Shown here piece after piece: positions 36,572 to 47,912 of a stretch of DNA of 64,000 bases. The position numbers and the translations under genes were made by a program. The notes below the pieces were generated by a model, which ran no database searches, was not told the DNA's origin, and saw only the letters and a program-made list of their open reading frames with translations. The stretch is taken from positions 1,229,791-1,293,790 of the forward strand of contig BCGN01000007.1 of the NCBI GenBank assembly GCA_001599295.1. Reading direction: 5' to 3'. The number at the start of each line of letters is the position of its first letter. Within the stretch, counting starts at the first letter, position 1. The DNA is from Sporopachydermia quercuum (Eukaryota).

Positions 36572-37164
36572 ATGTCAGGAATTGCCCCAGAAATGTTGAG
36601 TCGTTTGGATGACGACTCAAAGAAAGAAATCATGAAGTTTTTGGAAGCGGAAAACAGCAAAGCTCGATTTCAGCAATGTGAGTAATTTATACAGATGGAG
36701 AAGTATTTGTTTATATTGGTTGAACTAGATGGACAGTATATGAAGAGTGAATTGAGTATTTGAAACTAGAGTACTAACAGAACGTAGCTATTCATAATTA
36801 TACGGACATTTGCTTCAACAAATGTGTTAAAGATGCTAAGAATGATTATCTTAGCTCTGGTGAGCAAGATTGTAAGTGAATTTGAATTTCATGAATCGTA
36901 AGAAGTAGATATTTTAGAGGCTTACACATTGGTTATGTGCGTTGATCAGATTACTGACATGATTATAGGCTTAGGAAACTGCGTGAATCGATTCTTGGAC
37001 ACGAATATCAGCATTCTGAGAGTGTAAGTAGTGATCTGGATTTGAAGAGCGTTAGTAGAGCGGCAGTTGGATGCAGTATTCTAGCTATATTGTTCGGACG
37101 ATGTACTACTGGCTTGTTTACTAACACATGTTGAAGTTTTGAAACTCTACAGCATCAAAGATAG
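36572..37164 (+). CDS. TIM8: Mitochondrial intermembrane space small Tim chaperone Tim8; exons 36572-36677, 36788-36871, 36969-37023, 37137-37164 (90 aa)
   Basis: Manual splicing gives MSGIAPEMLSRLDDDSKKEIMKFLEAENSKARFQQSIHNYTDICFNKCVKDAKNDYLSSGEQDCLGNCVNRFLDTNISILRVFETLQHQR with twin CX3C; absent from the ORF track. Confidence 0.93.
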
Positions 37165-38463
37165 GTTTCAACAAGGCATTGATAATAGTCACTAAAAATG
37201 ATGTTGATGCTTAATTGAAATGATCAATTGGTTCACTGGTAGTGTATGACCTTCACTTGTATATAATACTACATTCAGTGAATGAAATGATATATTCATT
37301 CGAATTCTTTTACAGCTTCTGGTTTAGAGATAAAGTACTGAGATGAAAATACTTATAGTATTGGAAACGTGGAACTAGGAATTGGAATAGAAGCTTGAGG
37401 TTCCTCAATTCATCAAGTCAATGGTGAATCATGAATATGCCTCTTCAACATAAGCCGGTGTTTTGTATCTTCTTGAGCCTTTTGTATTGTGTGAGTTATT
37501 TGCACTTCTATGAATTAAATGTGATAGAACCTGAGAGAACTATCATTTGCTTGTTTGTTTTGGTTTATTTGGTTCATTGACCAGTTTCCATTGATTGAGT
37601 ATAATACCATTAGTTGTTTGACATTACTTGAGTACTATTGTTCCGCCACATTGTCACGTCTTCAAATCAATCACACTATCAAATAGCAAGTAGTTGCTGA
37701 TTACTACTTCCAACAGATTATTCAGGTATTACTCCAGCTGCCAATGATCATCTATTGTCAATTTGTCTTTCTATTCCTCTTTTCTTAATACCTGATCATC
37801 TTCTCCTATTCCAATTTATGATCGTCGTAATTTGCTAAAAATCATATGTTATCTCCTGTATACCCTCTTGCCACTTTCGGGGGCAGTTCTGGCTATACTG
37901 TCTCGTCCCATATCCACCATGGACCCATTTTTGTACAACAGCTTACCACTTTCTCATTCAACCCACAATCACATCAGCGCTTATCTCAATGAGCCAAAAA
38001 CCCTTCCCCCTTTAGAAATCAGTTTCATGTCCCACTTCCTTCCTTTATTGTTATCACAAGTATCACCATTGTTTATTATTATAACAAGTGAGCAAGCTAT
38101 AGTCGTTTACTAGTATAATCGACTACTTTTCAAAGCTAGTATTGAAAACATCAATATTATCTATCTTTCAATAGAATCTATACAGTATTTAGTGTTAGAT
38201 TTCACGGTTATCTAGTCTTGAGTTTGGTCTGAGATTAGCTTAGCGCGCGTTTACTACATGCTGCATAGTAGTGGTATACAATAGACCAATGGCACACCAT
38301 CTACTGTATTCCATTGATGTTTACTACTTAACAAAATAGAAAAATCAAAGGAAACAGCTATTCAATATATTATTACTGCAAAATTCCATTGTTCCCATTA
38401 TACCCATATCATATCATATCACTCGCCTATCTCTTATCTACAACACATCTCAGGTTTGCGATC

Positions 38464-41022
38464 ATGTCTAGGGAGCCTTTGGCCAATAGCTGTGTAGGAG
38501 ACTACCGGCTAGGAGCAGAGATTGGAAGAGGATCATTTGCAAATGTGTATAAAGGAACACACGTTACTACTAATAAACAAGTAGCTATCAAATCAGTATT
38601 GAGAGCAAAACTAAATAAGAAACTACTTGAGAATTTAGAGTCAGAAATAAGTATTTTGAAAAACATGAAACATCCACATGTAGTGGCGTTACTAGATTGT
38701 CAACAAACTTCACAATACTTTCATCTGGTTATGGAGTATTGTTTATTAGGTGACTTATCTTACTTTATAAGAAAAAGATCTGATTTAATCACATCTCTAC
38801 CTTTGGTGGCGTCGTTGTTTGAGCGATTCCCCAATCCTTCTTCTGGCCATGGATTGAACGAAACACTTGTANTTCATTTTCTGAAGCAACTAGCAAGTGC
38901 CTTGGAGTTTCTAAGGTCGAAAAACTTGGTTCATAGAGATATCAAACCTCAGAATCTATTATTATGTCCACCTTGTATTTCTCAAGAAGAGTTCTTAGAT
39001 AATCATTATCTTGGACGATGGGAACTACCAATTCTTAAGCTTGCAGACTTTGGCTTTGCTAGGTTTCTTCCAAACTCTTCTATGGCAGAAACATTATGTG
39101 GATCACCTTTATATATGGCACCAGAAATCCTCCGGTTTGAAAAATACAATGCTAAGGCTGATTTATGGTCAGTAGGAGCTGTGTTGTATGAAATGACTGT
39201 TGGGAGACCTCCATTCAGAGCAAACAATCACGTGGAACTGTTGAAAAAGATTGAAAAGGCTGATAATAAAGTGCATTTTCCAGAAAATTGTTTAGCGTCT
39301 GAGCCGTTAAGAGATTTGATTAAAGCATTGTTGAAAAGAAATCCTAGTGAGAGAATAGGATTCAATGAGTTTTTCTCAAATATTGTTGTTACCAAAGATA
39401 TCTCTGAGAAGGTAGAAGAACCATTGGATAGATCACAGCTTGACCAAGGGTTGTTTATATCTGAGTATTTAGCAATTCGTCAGCACTCGAACCCCCTGAA
39501 GCAGAATCTCATTAGACCTGCTGGAACTGGAATAACTTATGTGAGTGATGTTAGCGAAGATAGAGAATCTGAGGATAAAACAACTGGGATTTTTTCTAAT
39601 AATGCAACAGCCAGTGCTGTTATTACTACGGCTAGCACTACAGAGCATAGTTCATCGAATTTGCGTGACTCGACAAAAGACCCCAGATCAGCCTCATCGT
39701 CCTTTAGAAGAAGCTCAGCACCAAAAGAAGCATCCTCTAGAGAACTCACACCTAGTACTGAATCTAGGAGGAACTCTGACTCTTCTATCTCACCAGGACC
39801 TTCACTATTAATTCCTGATTCTATAGCTGGCTTAGACTTAGCTCGTAAACCTCAACAAATGCTTCAATTGCAAGGCCAACCAGAAATGTCTGTTGAACGA
39901 GATTATGTAGTAGTAGAAAAACGGGTTGTAGAAGTAAACGCTTTGGCAGATGAATTGACACCTATGAATAGTGGAAGTAGAAGTACTGGTCAACATACTT
40001 ACTCTCAATATCAGCAACAACAACAGCAAGCAGCAAATTATCAAAACATTTATTCGCGATCTCGGAGAGGATCTGCTTCTTCTAATTCATCTATAAGAAG
40101 ACTCAGTGTTTCTCTCTCACCATCAAATGCTTTAACCAAAGCTTTGAACATGGCTTCAATGAGACTGTTTGGCACTCGTATCGACTCTTCAGGCTCGACT
40201 CTTAGTGTATCACCACCTCCGTTCGCTCAGCCTACTATGTATACTCCTAGAACCCATAGTTCTATCCATGCATTGAATTCGCCAGCACCTTCTACTGCCA
40301 TTATGGATGAACCGTCGTTGATTGCGTATCTAGAATCATTAGCAGCTAAAGCTAATGCTATTGCATTATTTGCAGAAGTGAAATTTGCCCAGCTAATCCC
40401 AACTCCTCCTAGTAGATCTACAGGATCAGAATTACCCTCATCTGGTGGAGATTCGGAGGATATTCTCGTTGCAACAGAAGCTCTGACGCTGTATTTGAAA
40501 ACATTGTCATTATTAGCAAAAGGAATGTCTGTTGCTGGTGACTGGTGGAAAAACAATATGGCTCGTGGTGCCAGTGTTCAGTTGAGTGAAGTTGTCCAAT
40601 GGGTGAGAGAGAAGTTTAATGAAAGCTTGGAAAAGGCCGAATATGCACGAGAAAGAATTGCCAATGGAAATGGAAGTGGAAACAGCAACAGTATTGGATT
40701 TGGGTTTGGTGACAATGATAGTAGAATCAGAAACGGACCCTGTGTTGTGGCTGAAACACTCATATTTGAGCGAGCATTAGAAATGAGTAGAGCTGCTGCA
40801 GTGAATGAGTTGATGAATGAAGATTTGAATGGTTGTGAATTGGCGTATGGAACATCATTATGGATGCTTGAAGCTTTATTAGAGAATGATGGTGATGATG
40901 TGTTAGGTAAAGAGAACAGAGCAATGGTTGAGAAATTTATTGATGGAATTGCTAGAAGGTTGAGTATCCTGCGTAAGAAGATTGATGTTTTGCATAATAA
41001 TGATATAGCAGTTGAAGATTAA
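38464..41022 (+). CDS. ATG1: Autophagy Ser/Thr kinase Atg1
   Basis: [58 protein letters not shown] (Atg8-interacting motif region); C-terminal MIT-like region. First ATG is 38464 (the track ORF begins at a TTG). Confidence 0.96.
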   Translation: MSREPLANSCVGDYRLGAEIGRGSFANVYKGTHVTTNKQVAIKSVLRAKLNKKLLENLESEISILKNMKHPHVVALLDCQQTSQYFHLVMEYCLLGDLSYFIRKRSDLITSLPLVASLFERFPNPSSGHGLNETLVXHFLKQLASALEFLRSKNLVHRDIKPQNLLLCPPCISQEEFLDNHYLGRWELPILKLADFGFARFLPNSSMAETLCGSPLYMAPEILRFEKYNAKADLWSVGAVLYEMTVGRPPFRANNHVELLKKIEKADNKVHFPENCLASEPLRDLIKALLKRNPSERIGFNEFFSNIVVTKDISEKVEEPLDRSQLDQGLFISEYLAIRQHSNPLKQNLIRPAGTGITYVSDVSEDRESEDKTTGIFSNNATASAVITTASTTEHSSSNLRDSTKDPRSASSSFRRSSAPKEASSRELTPSTESRRNSDSSISPGPSLLIPDSIAGLDLARKPQQMLQLQGQPEMSVERDYVVVEKRVVEVNALADELTPMNSGSRSTGQHTYSQYQQQQQQAANYQNIYSRSRRGSASSNSSIRRLSVSLSPSNALTKALNMASMRLFGTRIDSSGSTLSVSPPPFAQPTMYTPRTHSSIHALNSPAPSTAIMDEPSLIAYLESLAAKANAIALFAEVKFAQLIPTPPSRSTGSELPSSGGDSEDILVATEALTLYLKTLSLLAKGMSVAGDWWKNNMARGASVQLSEVVQWVREKFNESLEKAEYARERIANGNGSGNSNSIGFGFGDNDSRIRNGPCVVAETLIFERALEMSRAAAVNELMNEDLNGCELAYGTSLWMLEALLENDGDDVLGKENRAMVEKFIDGIARRLSILRKKIDVLHNNDIAVED

Positions 41023-42604
41023 GCGTATTTGATTGAAAGAAAGATTTGGAAATAAGACTTCATAGTGGAGCAAAAATCAGTATGCTGTCATAAATAAGCA
41101 GTCAGTTAGCAAGATATTTGAGGTTAAAAGTTAATATTTGGTGGATGGCTCTAAGAAGTTTCTTATCAGATGGCATAAACTATGAAATGAATTTGCTATT
41201 AGCTATAAGCTAAGGAAGGAGTATCAATGAAAATTCAGATCACTGTTCACGGAGTTCAACATTATGTGATATTGTAACAGCTCATACAACCCTTCAGTTA
41301 ATAGTAGGCTGGCTCATCATATGCTACTATCAGTCTAAATGATGTTGTATCCTGTTCATCATTTTCAAGACATTGCAATGGATGTGTTTTATGTTTATTG
41401 AATTGAATTATCTTTCATGATTCTGATGTTTACTAATGTTTAGGCAAGGCTTGCCTGACTCTCGCTTCATTACTTTCAACTTTATTTTCTGCTAGAACTC
41501 TTTTCACTCGGTCTTTTTCTTTTCAAACTATTGTTTATATATCATCATTTGCTGGACCGACTGGTTTATATGAACGTTTTTCTTCTTTTTTAAGTTTTTT
41601 TTCTTTCACTCCTTTTTTACTATATTTATTTTTTGTTTTCTTATTTTTTCATCTTGTTAGTATTTTTTTATATTTCTTTATTAATGTTTATTCCGTTCAG
41701 GTGACAATTGAATTTGGAAACGGACTAATTGGGATAGGGTTGGAAACATATGGCTGGATCAGAGGTTGGTTTGGTTTGATGGTTTGGTGGTTTTAGGAAT
41801 ATATCGTGTTGTTGACTTAATATAAGATATAGGTTTTATGTTATACGTTTGTATGCTTTCTTTTAGCGCTCTGCAAAGGATTGGTCTTATTTTCAAGTTG
41901 ATTGGAAGTGAAACGAAGTTTACTGTGTCTTCGACTATGAGGCTGTGTTCCTATGGTTTGAGTCCTGGGAACTGAAACATTGTAGGATGTAGCAGCGCCT
42001 TTTATTGAATAAACTTCTCAGTAAAAATCAATTACTGAGGTAGTTGGTAATAAGTGTGAATGTAATCAANCGGCTGATGAAAATAAACCAATAAAGTAAA
42101 GAACTGTTTCTACGACCCCTTTTGTGTCCGATAAACTACATTTGGCAATTATTCGTTATCGGCAGCTGAGCAAATTAGGTCGCACATCATTTTTCTGCAG
42201 AGGACATGTTCTTGCATGTTTATGCATATACTTAACTTTACTGTTACTGACTTTTATTCGCAACGCGACTTTTCGGACATTCTTTATTTAGCGTACGCTT
42301 GTCTCATTTCCCATCTCCGTTTGACCCCCCATTCCACAATGTCAATTAACACATGCACACAAAACAGCATCATTCCTCTTGAATACTTTTCAAACTTGAT
42401 CTATCAGATCATCTTTTCCTCCTTAACGTGCCGTCAGAAACTACATATATTGGCCTTTAAACGCTCCAGACGCTTCCAGACGCATATATTATCCTGAATT
42501 ACCCGATAAATGCAATCTCAGCGAATTCCGACTCTAAAACTGTCGTAACGAACAAAACCTCCAGTTCCACAGTAATCTGTTCCGGCTGCACTGCATTTGT
42601 CACC

Positions 42605-43498
42605 ATGTCGCACAACCAATGGGCCCAGCCATCACTGATTGACCCAGATTCAGATTCAGACAATGATGATCTTCTGGCAATCGGTAACCAACCTGTAAGT
42701 AAGCCCCAGGACAGTGAAACTCTACTAGATGACTTCATTGCTGCCCCAAGTAATGACCCATCGATTGAACCAGACTTTGCTACTGACAGCGCCAGTGGCG
42801 GTACTAAAAGCAACCTTCCAACAGGAAATATCAATGCTGGTGGTTCCAATCACAACAGCGGATTATTTTTAGGCACGAATATACCCGATAGAATAGGCAA
42901 TGAAAGATTTGTCGAACGTCGTTTCACGGGGGGAGACACCATTGATGAACCTGTGACTGTGACATTATCTAGAGACATTAAAAAGATAGGAGAACGTTTG
43001 CTAGCAGTTATTTGGCCTAAGACATTGATGAAGTACTATCAACCAACTGGCCTAGAAGAAGGAATGGAACGTTCTTTGCGCGAATGGGATCTCTGGGGTC
43101 CTCTAGTGTTTTGTTTGCTATTCAGTTTAATCTTAGCTATCACAGCACCAGAGAAACAATCATCATTGGTATTTTCTGGTGTTTTCAGTATCATTTGGTT
43201 AGGAATGGCTATTGCAACGTTAAATATTCAATTACTAGGTGGTACTATTTCTTTCTTCCATGCTTTATCTATCATTGGTTATTCATTATTCCCATTAGTA
43301 CTAGGAGCTGTCTTCTCATTAATAATTCATTGGACATCTATTCGATTACTTATTGATGTTTTTTTCGTTGCTTGGGGTTTATATGCTGCTACCTTTGCAT
43401 TAAAGACCTCTGGGGTATTAGAATCAAGAGTGTTTATAGCCTTGTATCCAGTGGGGTTACTGTTTTTCAGTTTAGGTTGGCTGTGTGTTATTACCTAG
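42605..43498 (+). CDS. YIP4: Yip1-family Golgi membrane protein (Yip4/YIPF6)
   Basis: DTIDEPV..TL.RD, WDLWGPLVFCL, TLNIQLLGGTISFF..LSIIGYSLFP and multiple TM helices. Confidence 0.9.
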   Translation: MSHNQWAQPSLIDPDSDSDNDDLLAIGNQPVSKPQDSETLLDDFIAAPSNDPSIEPDFATDSASGGTKSNLPTGNINAGGSNHNSGLFLGTNIPDRIGNERFVERRFTGGDTIDEPVTVTLSRDIKKIGERLLAVIWPKTLMKYYQPTGLEEGMERSLREWDLWGPLVFCLLFSLILAITAPEKQSSLVFSGVFSIIWLGMAIATLNIQLLGGTISFFHALSIIGYSLFPLVLGAVFSLIIHWTSIRLLIDVFFVAWGLYAATFALKTSGVLESRVFIALYPVGLLFFSLGWLCVIT

Positions 43499-44312
43499 AT
43501 GCTGATACGAGAGAATAAAATAACTTTTTCATTAATTTTAATTGGGGAAGAGTTAAATGTATGGTTAATGATTGGAGATTAGTAGATAAAACTGGAGTCT
43601 AAAGTTGTTGGTTCAAGAGCCTAGTCGAGAGTACTATAGGTGATAAGGGAACAAGAGGAGAAGAAAGCAGAACAGAACAAAGGAAAATAAAACTTGATAA
43701 TAATAGGAAAAAAACAGGAAGAGTGAAAGGTGAGAAAGTAATAAAAATAGAATGTTATTATTGGTATTACAATATTATACAAATGATAGATGAAAATATT
43801 AGTGTTGTTTGTCAATGAAGTAATATACTGATCAGCAAATCCGCTAATTAATAAATATATCAGATCATTGTTTGGTGAATCTAACAGTTCAATCCGTAGA
43901 AGTCTATTCATAATTTCATTAATTATATTTATGTTTAATCTGATATCGATACTTATGTTTCTGAATAATCAATCAATGTAATGATTAGATAAGCATTGAA
44001 ATAATCTATTCGTATTATTTTGGATTTTCATACGATTTGATAGAATGAAACGATATTTGTTTTGTATGAAGGACAGTTGATCGAAGTATTTTCATTGTTG
44101 TTGCTGCTGCTGATTTTTTTCTGTTTCTATTGGATTAGATAACCAGCGTAAATTGATGTTCACGATTATGATTGAAAGTACTACAATTGTTTTGATTTAT
44201 GAACTGAGTCGGATGAGACGTTCAGAATGACCCAGAACCCACCAGAAAAAATTGCGGGCCTTAAATCGATCTCCGGATCGCATAGGTTAGGACCGGGATT
44301 GACATCTCTCAA

Positions 44313-47300
44313 TCATGTCCCATTAAACTCATCATTATACCAAGTATCTGTTTCCATACCAGCAGACAAATCAAGACTCCAGTTATCAAACCATGCAAGA
44401 TTCATTGCCATGTTTTCATAGTTAAGATCCTTTTGGGAGAGAGATGTTGAATTCTGTGGCGCAGTTAGCGGATTGATTCCTGCTATAGATTGTGGGGCTG
44501 TGTCATTATTACTATTACTCTCATTTTGACCGAAGGAATCAACAGCTAAGCCTCCGGAATGATCGGCAAATAAAGATTGGGCAGAAATGGAAGGATTTAG
44601 TCCAGAAGAGGGAATAGATATATCAGACAAACCACCAGAGTGTCCTAAAGCGGCAACAGTAGCACCTGGTGTATAAGAATTACTATTATTGTTACCAATT
44701 TGAGCATTAGCAGCAAAACTAGTCTCTTCTTGTATACTTAAGCCTCTTGCAGCTTGTTCTCCTCCGTTCTTAACTGCACCACCTTCGGCCACCACGAAAC
44801 CTTCCGCTCTTGCTCCATACTCCTCATCTCCTATACTTGAATTCCTGGGAATCTTATTCAAAACGGCAGTAAAGGGCTCGCCAACTTTTCCCAATTCAGT
44901 AAATTTATACTCGTTAACTTCATTTGAACCCGCATCAATTCCTGCTTCTCTTAACTCTTGTAAACTTTCAAGCATCCGCAAATACACCATGTGGTTTAAA
45001 GTTTTGATACCCCACAAGCATTCCTTAGCCATTCCGAACTTGCTGAGGTTATTCACCTTTTCTAGAAATTCAATTACCGATCGGGTTCCCTTTTCTGCTC
45101 GTTTCCGATACATTCCCGCGTTTACGAATGTAATAAAAGTTGTTCCAGCACTATAGGCTGAGTTGAGGGTCGCCCACCAAGGAGTGCATAATATTGGGGA
45201 AGAGGTTTTTCCTCCTGTTGAGGATGGTTTCTGTATGCTTTCTGCCATAGGAACTGAATTTTCTGTCCCAGGCCCTGTTGTAGTAGCGACACTGTCTACT
45301 TCAGGTTCTGTAACACTTGTATCTCCCATGACAGTTCCCGTGCCGACTCTAAGCCCAATTCCTGTACCAATTTCTTCTATTATATCACCATCATACTCTT
45401 CATTCATCAACATATCCTCCAAAACCCGAAGGGCTCCCTCTGCACTCTCAATACACTTATAATTACTCAGCCCTAACGGGGACGGCACCTTCTGCGTAAC
45501 CAAATAAAACATCGACCTAATATGAATACACATCTTAACCGAATAGTATACCAACTTCAAAAACCCGACCATTGCAACTGGTATATCACCACCATTTTTC
45601 ATCCCATCAGTATTCTGATTACCATCTCCATTCCCATGTCCATTTCTATTTCTCTTCCCCAAACACGATTTCAAGCCATCACCAACCTTTTCAAATACCC
45701 CCAACTTCTGCCCTTCAAGCACCCAATTTCCCAACATTTCATCAGCATCTTTGTAAATTAGCGGTGAACGACCAAATGGCAAATTGAATTTTAACTTACT
45801 AATCACAAGCGCTAATTTTAAAATTAAATGTCCAATTGGGGTTATCCACCCATCAGGGAAAAATTCTGTTGGGAAAGCTAAGCCAATTTCTTCGTCTTTA
45901 AAAGCCGAAGGTCTGCCACAATCAAGAGCAAATAATCTATCAAATACAAAACAAGACCAAAACACTCTTTTCCTTTTAAATACATCATATTTTAGTGGGA
46001 TTAGTTGGTTAACTTCGCTCATTAAAGCTAAACCACGAGCCATATGAATAGCCTCGCCTAAAGCTCTCCAAGCTGATGTTTGACGATGGCATACTCTTAA
46101 ATATTGAGTGATGAGTAACCAGCCTTGGACTAATTCCACGGTTTCCCATTCAAAAGAGATTGCTTCGATTGCTTGATAAGCGTCATCGAATAATTTTTCT
46201 TCCAATCCTTTTGCATGCTTGATATTCAAAGTGAATTCAGAGAACCTCATTGATGACGCATAAACAAGGTGTAACAAAGCTGTGAAAAGTCTGATATCGA
46301 CTACATCATCAGGCCTATTAAAATAGTTATTAAACTGCACACGAAAAACGTCAGGATGAAGAATTGAGAATAGTGGATTTATATACTTGAAGAAATAGTC
46401 TAATAGCCATTCACCTTCTTCATGAGAAATCAAATGTGGGGTTGGATTCATCTTTCTAGAAGTTAAATAATGTCTACCTGACATGTTCCAACCGTATAAT
46501 TGATATCTTGGCACTGCTACTTTATGTTTATGTTGGTCTGAGAGTTCATGATAGATGTTCTTACCTANTTGATAGGACAGTGAATAACTGTATCCTTTGC
46601 CTAATCTGTTTTTGGGGCTCTTTGTTATGAACAGATAGTCTGAAATAGTTGCTGGATTTATTGATGTTGATGTTGAGGTTAGCGCTGTTGTTGACGCTGA
46701 GGCTGAGACTGAAGTAGCAGGAGGAACTGCAAATTTGACATCGGATAGATTAGCATACCAAATAACCTTCTCTTGGTTCAATTGAGAAACCTGGGCTTCT
46801 AATTCGTGTATTCTTTTATTCAATTTGTTAATAGTCTTATTGGATTCGGAATCTGATGGCACAGCTTGACTGTTTTCGGAAATATCTTCGTTCTGTGCCT
46901 CATTTTCCGCCTCGTTCATTACCCTTCTCATTTTAACTTGGTTAAGATAATTCTGAATTCTGAATATTGGCTGTTTACCTCCAGGGTAGGAAACTCTCGT
47001 TGTGGCGTCTAAGACCTCATCATCTTCTGAACATGGTAATGAATCAACTGCACCATCTTCATCAGAGCCAATTCTTTCCTTACTAGGCAACGAATTCCTA
47101 TTTGGGTTCCGTTGTGGTTGTGGCTCATTTGCTGGGATACATTTGATTCTATTCTTAACACAGTTAGAACAAGGCCTTGTTGCTTCACATTTGATTTTAT
47201 GTTTTCGGCACCTTCGGCACGCCTTGTATACTCTTTTGGGAAATTGTGGCTGAGATTGCATACTAGTGAATTGCGGCTGTGGCTGTGGCTGTGAATGTTG

Positions 47301-47912
47301 TAGCCCAGTTGTCGATTGGGCTTGCTGTGGATGAGTCACAAACATAAATGGCATAGGCGGTAACTGTGACTGACTGATTTGCTGCGGTTGTGGCTGAGTA
47401 TTGTTCGTTTGAGCATGTGCAGGCAATTGAACTACCGGGGTTAGTGTATTAGGTAATAGTCGAAACTGTTGTTGGAAATTGCCTAAAACAGGTGGAAATT
47501 GTGGGTTGAACTGTGGCACAGCAGCATTACTATTCGTAATATTATTGAGGCTAACATTGGTAGGATTTGGGGGATTTCCTTTATTTGTATCAGTTGATGG
47601 ATTAGGATACTGAGTTGGCTGATATTGCGAGGTAGCAGACGAGAAAGGAAATATTCCTGGATTATTCCCTGATCCTGAAGGGACAGAATTGTCTCTTAAG
47701 GCAGTTGAGTTTCCAATATTAGAATTACTACTGGAAATCGTGAATGGGCTGCTCCCTCCAATTGTGGAGTTTATTACACCGCTGCCGGTGCNGCTACCGT
47801 TGTTATTTCCGTTATTCACAGAAGCTCCGTCATCATTTCCGGTCCTGGTCCCAGTTCCAGTTCCAGTTCCAGTTCTAGTGGCTGATGTCAGCGAGTTGTT
47901 TCCGTTGCTCAT
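44313..47912 (-). CDS. Zn(II)2Cys6 transcription factor with fungal middle homology region (Stb4-like)
   Basis: ACRRCRKHKIKCEATRPCSNCVKNRIKC zinc cluster; RKRVFWSCFVFDRLFALDCGRP motif; PRYQLYGWNMSGRHYL block recalled from the Stb4 family. Confidence 0.85.
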   Translation of the reverse strand: MSNGNNSLTSATRTGTGTGTGTRTGNDDGASVNNGNNNGSXTGSGVINSTIGGSSPFTISSSNSNIGNSTALRDNSVPSGSGNNPGIFPFSSATSQYQPTQYPNPSTDTNKGNPPNPTNVSLNNITNSNAAVPQFNPQFPPVLGNFQQQFRLLPNTLTPVVQLPAHAQTNNTQPQPQQISQSQLPPMPFMFVTHPQQAQSTTGLQHSQPQPQPQFTSMQSQPQFPKRVYKACRRCRKHKIKCEATRPCSNCVKNRIKCIPANEPQPQRNPNRNSLPSKERIGSDEDGAVDSLPCSEDDEVLDATTRVSYPGGKQPIFRIQNYLNQVKMRRVMNEAENEAQNEDISENSQAVPSDSESNKTINKLNKRIHELEAQVSQLNQEKVIWYANLSDVKFAVPPATSVSASASTTALTSTSTSINPATISDYLFITKSPKNRLGKGYSYSLSYQXGKNIYHELSDQHKHKVAVPRYQLYGWNMSGRHYLTSRKMNPTPHLISHEEGEWLLDYFFKYINPLFSILHPDVFRVQFNNYFNRPDDVVDIRLFTALLHLVYASSMRFSEFTLNIKHAKGLEEKLFDDAYQAIEAISFEWETVELVQGWLLITQYLRVCHRQTSAWRALGEAIHMARGLALMSEVNQLIPLKYDVFKRKRVFWSCFVFDRLFALDCGRPSAFKDEEIGLAFPTEFFPDGWITPIGHLILKLALVISKLKFNLPFGRSPLIYKDADEMLGNWVLEGQKLGVFEKVGDGLKSCLGKRNRNGHGNGDGNQNTDGMKNGGDIPVAMVGFLKLVYYSVKMCIHIRSMFYLVTQKVPSPLGLSNYKCIESAEGALRVLEDMLMNEEYDGDIIEEIGTGIGLRVGTGTVMGDTSVTEPEVDSVATTTGPGTENSVPMAESIQKPSSTGGKTSSPILCTPWWATLNSAYSAGTTFITFVNAGMYRKRAEKGTRSVIEFLEKVNNLSKFGMAKECLWGIKTLNHMVYLRMLESLQELREAGIDAGSNEVNEYKFTELGKVGEPFTAVLNKIPRNSSIGDEEYGARAEGFVVAEGGAVKNGGEQAARGLSIQEETSFAANAQIGNNNSNSYTPGATVAALGHSGGLSDISIPSSGLNPSISAQSLFADHSGGLAVDSFGQNESNSNNDTAPQSIAGINPLTAPQNSTSLSQKDLNYENMAMNLAWFDNWSLDLSAGMETDTWYNDEFNGT

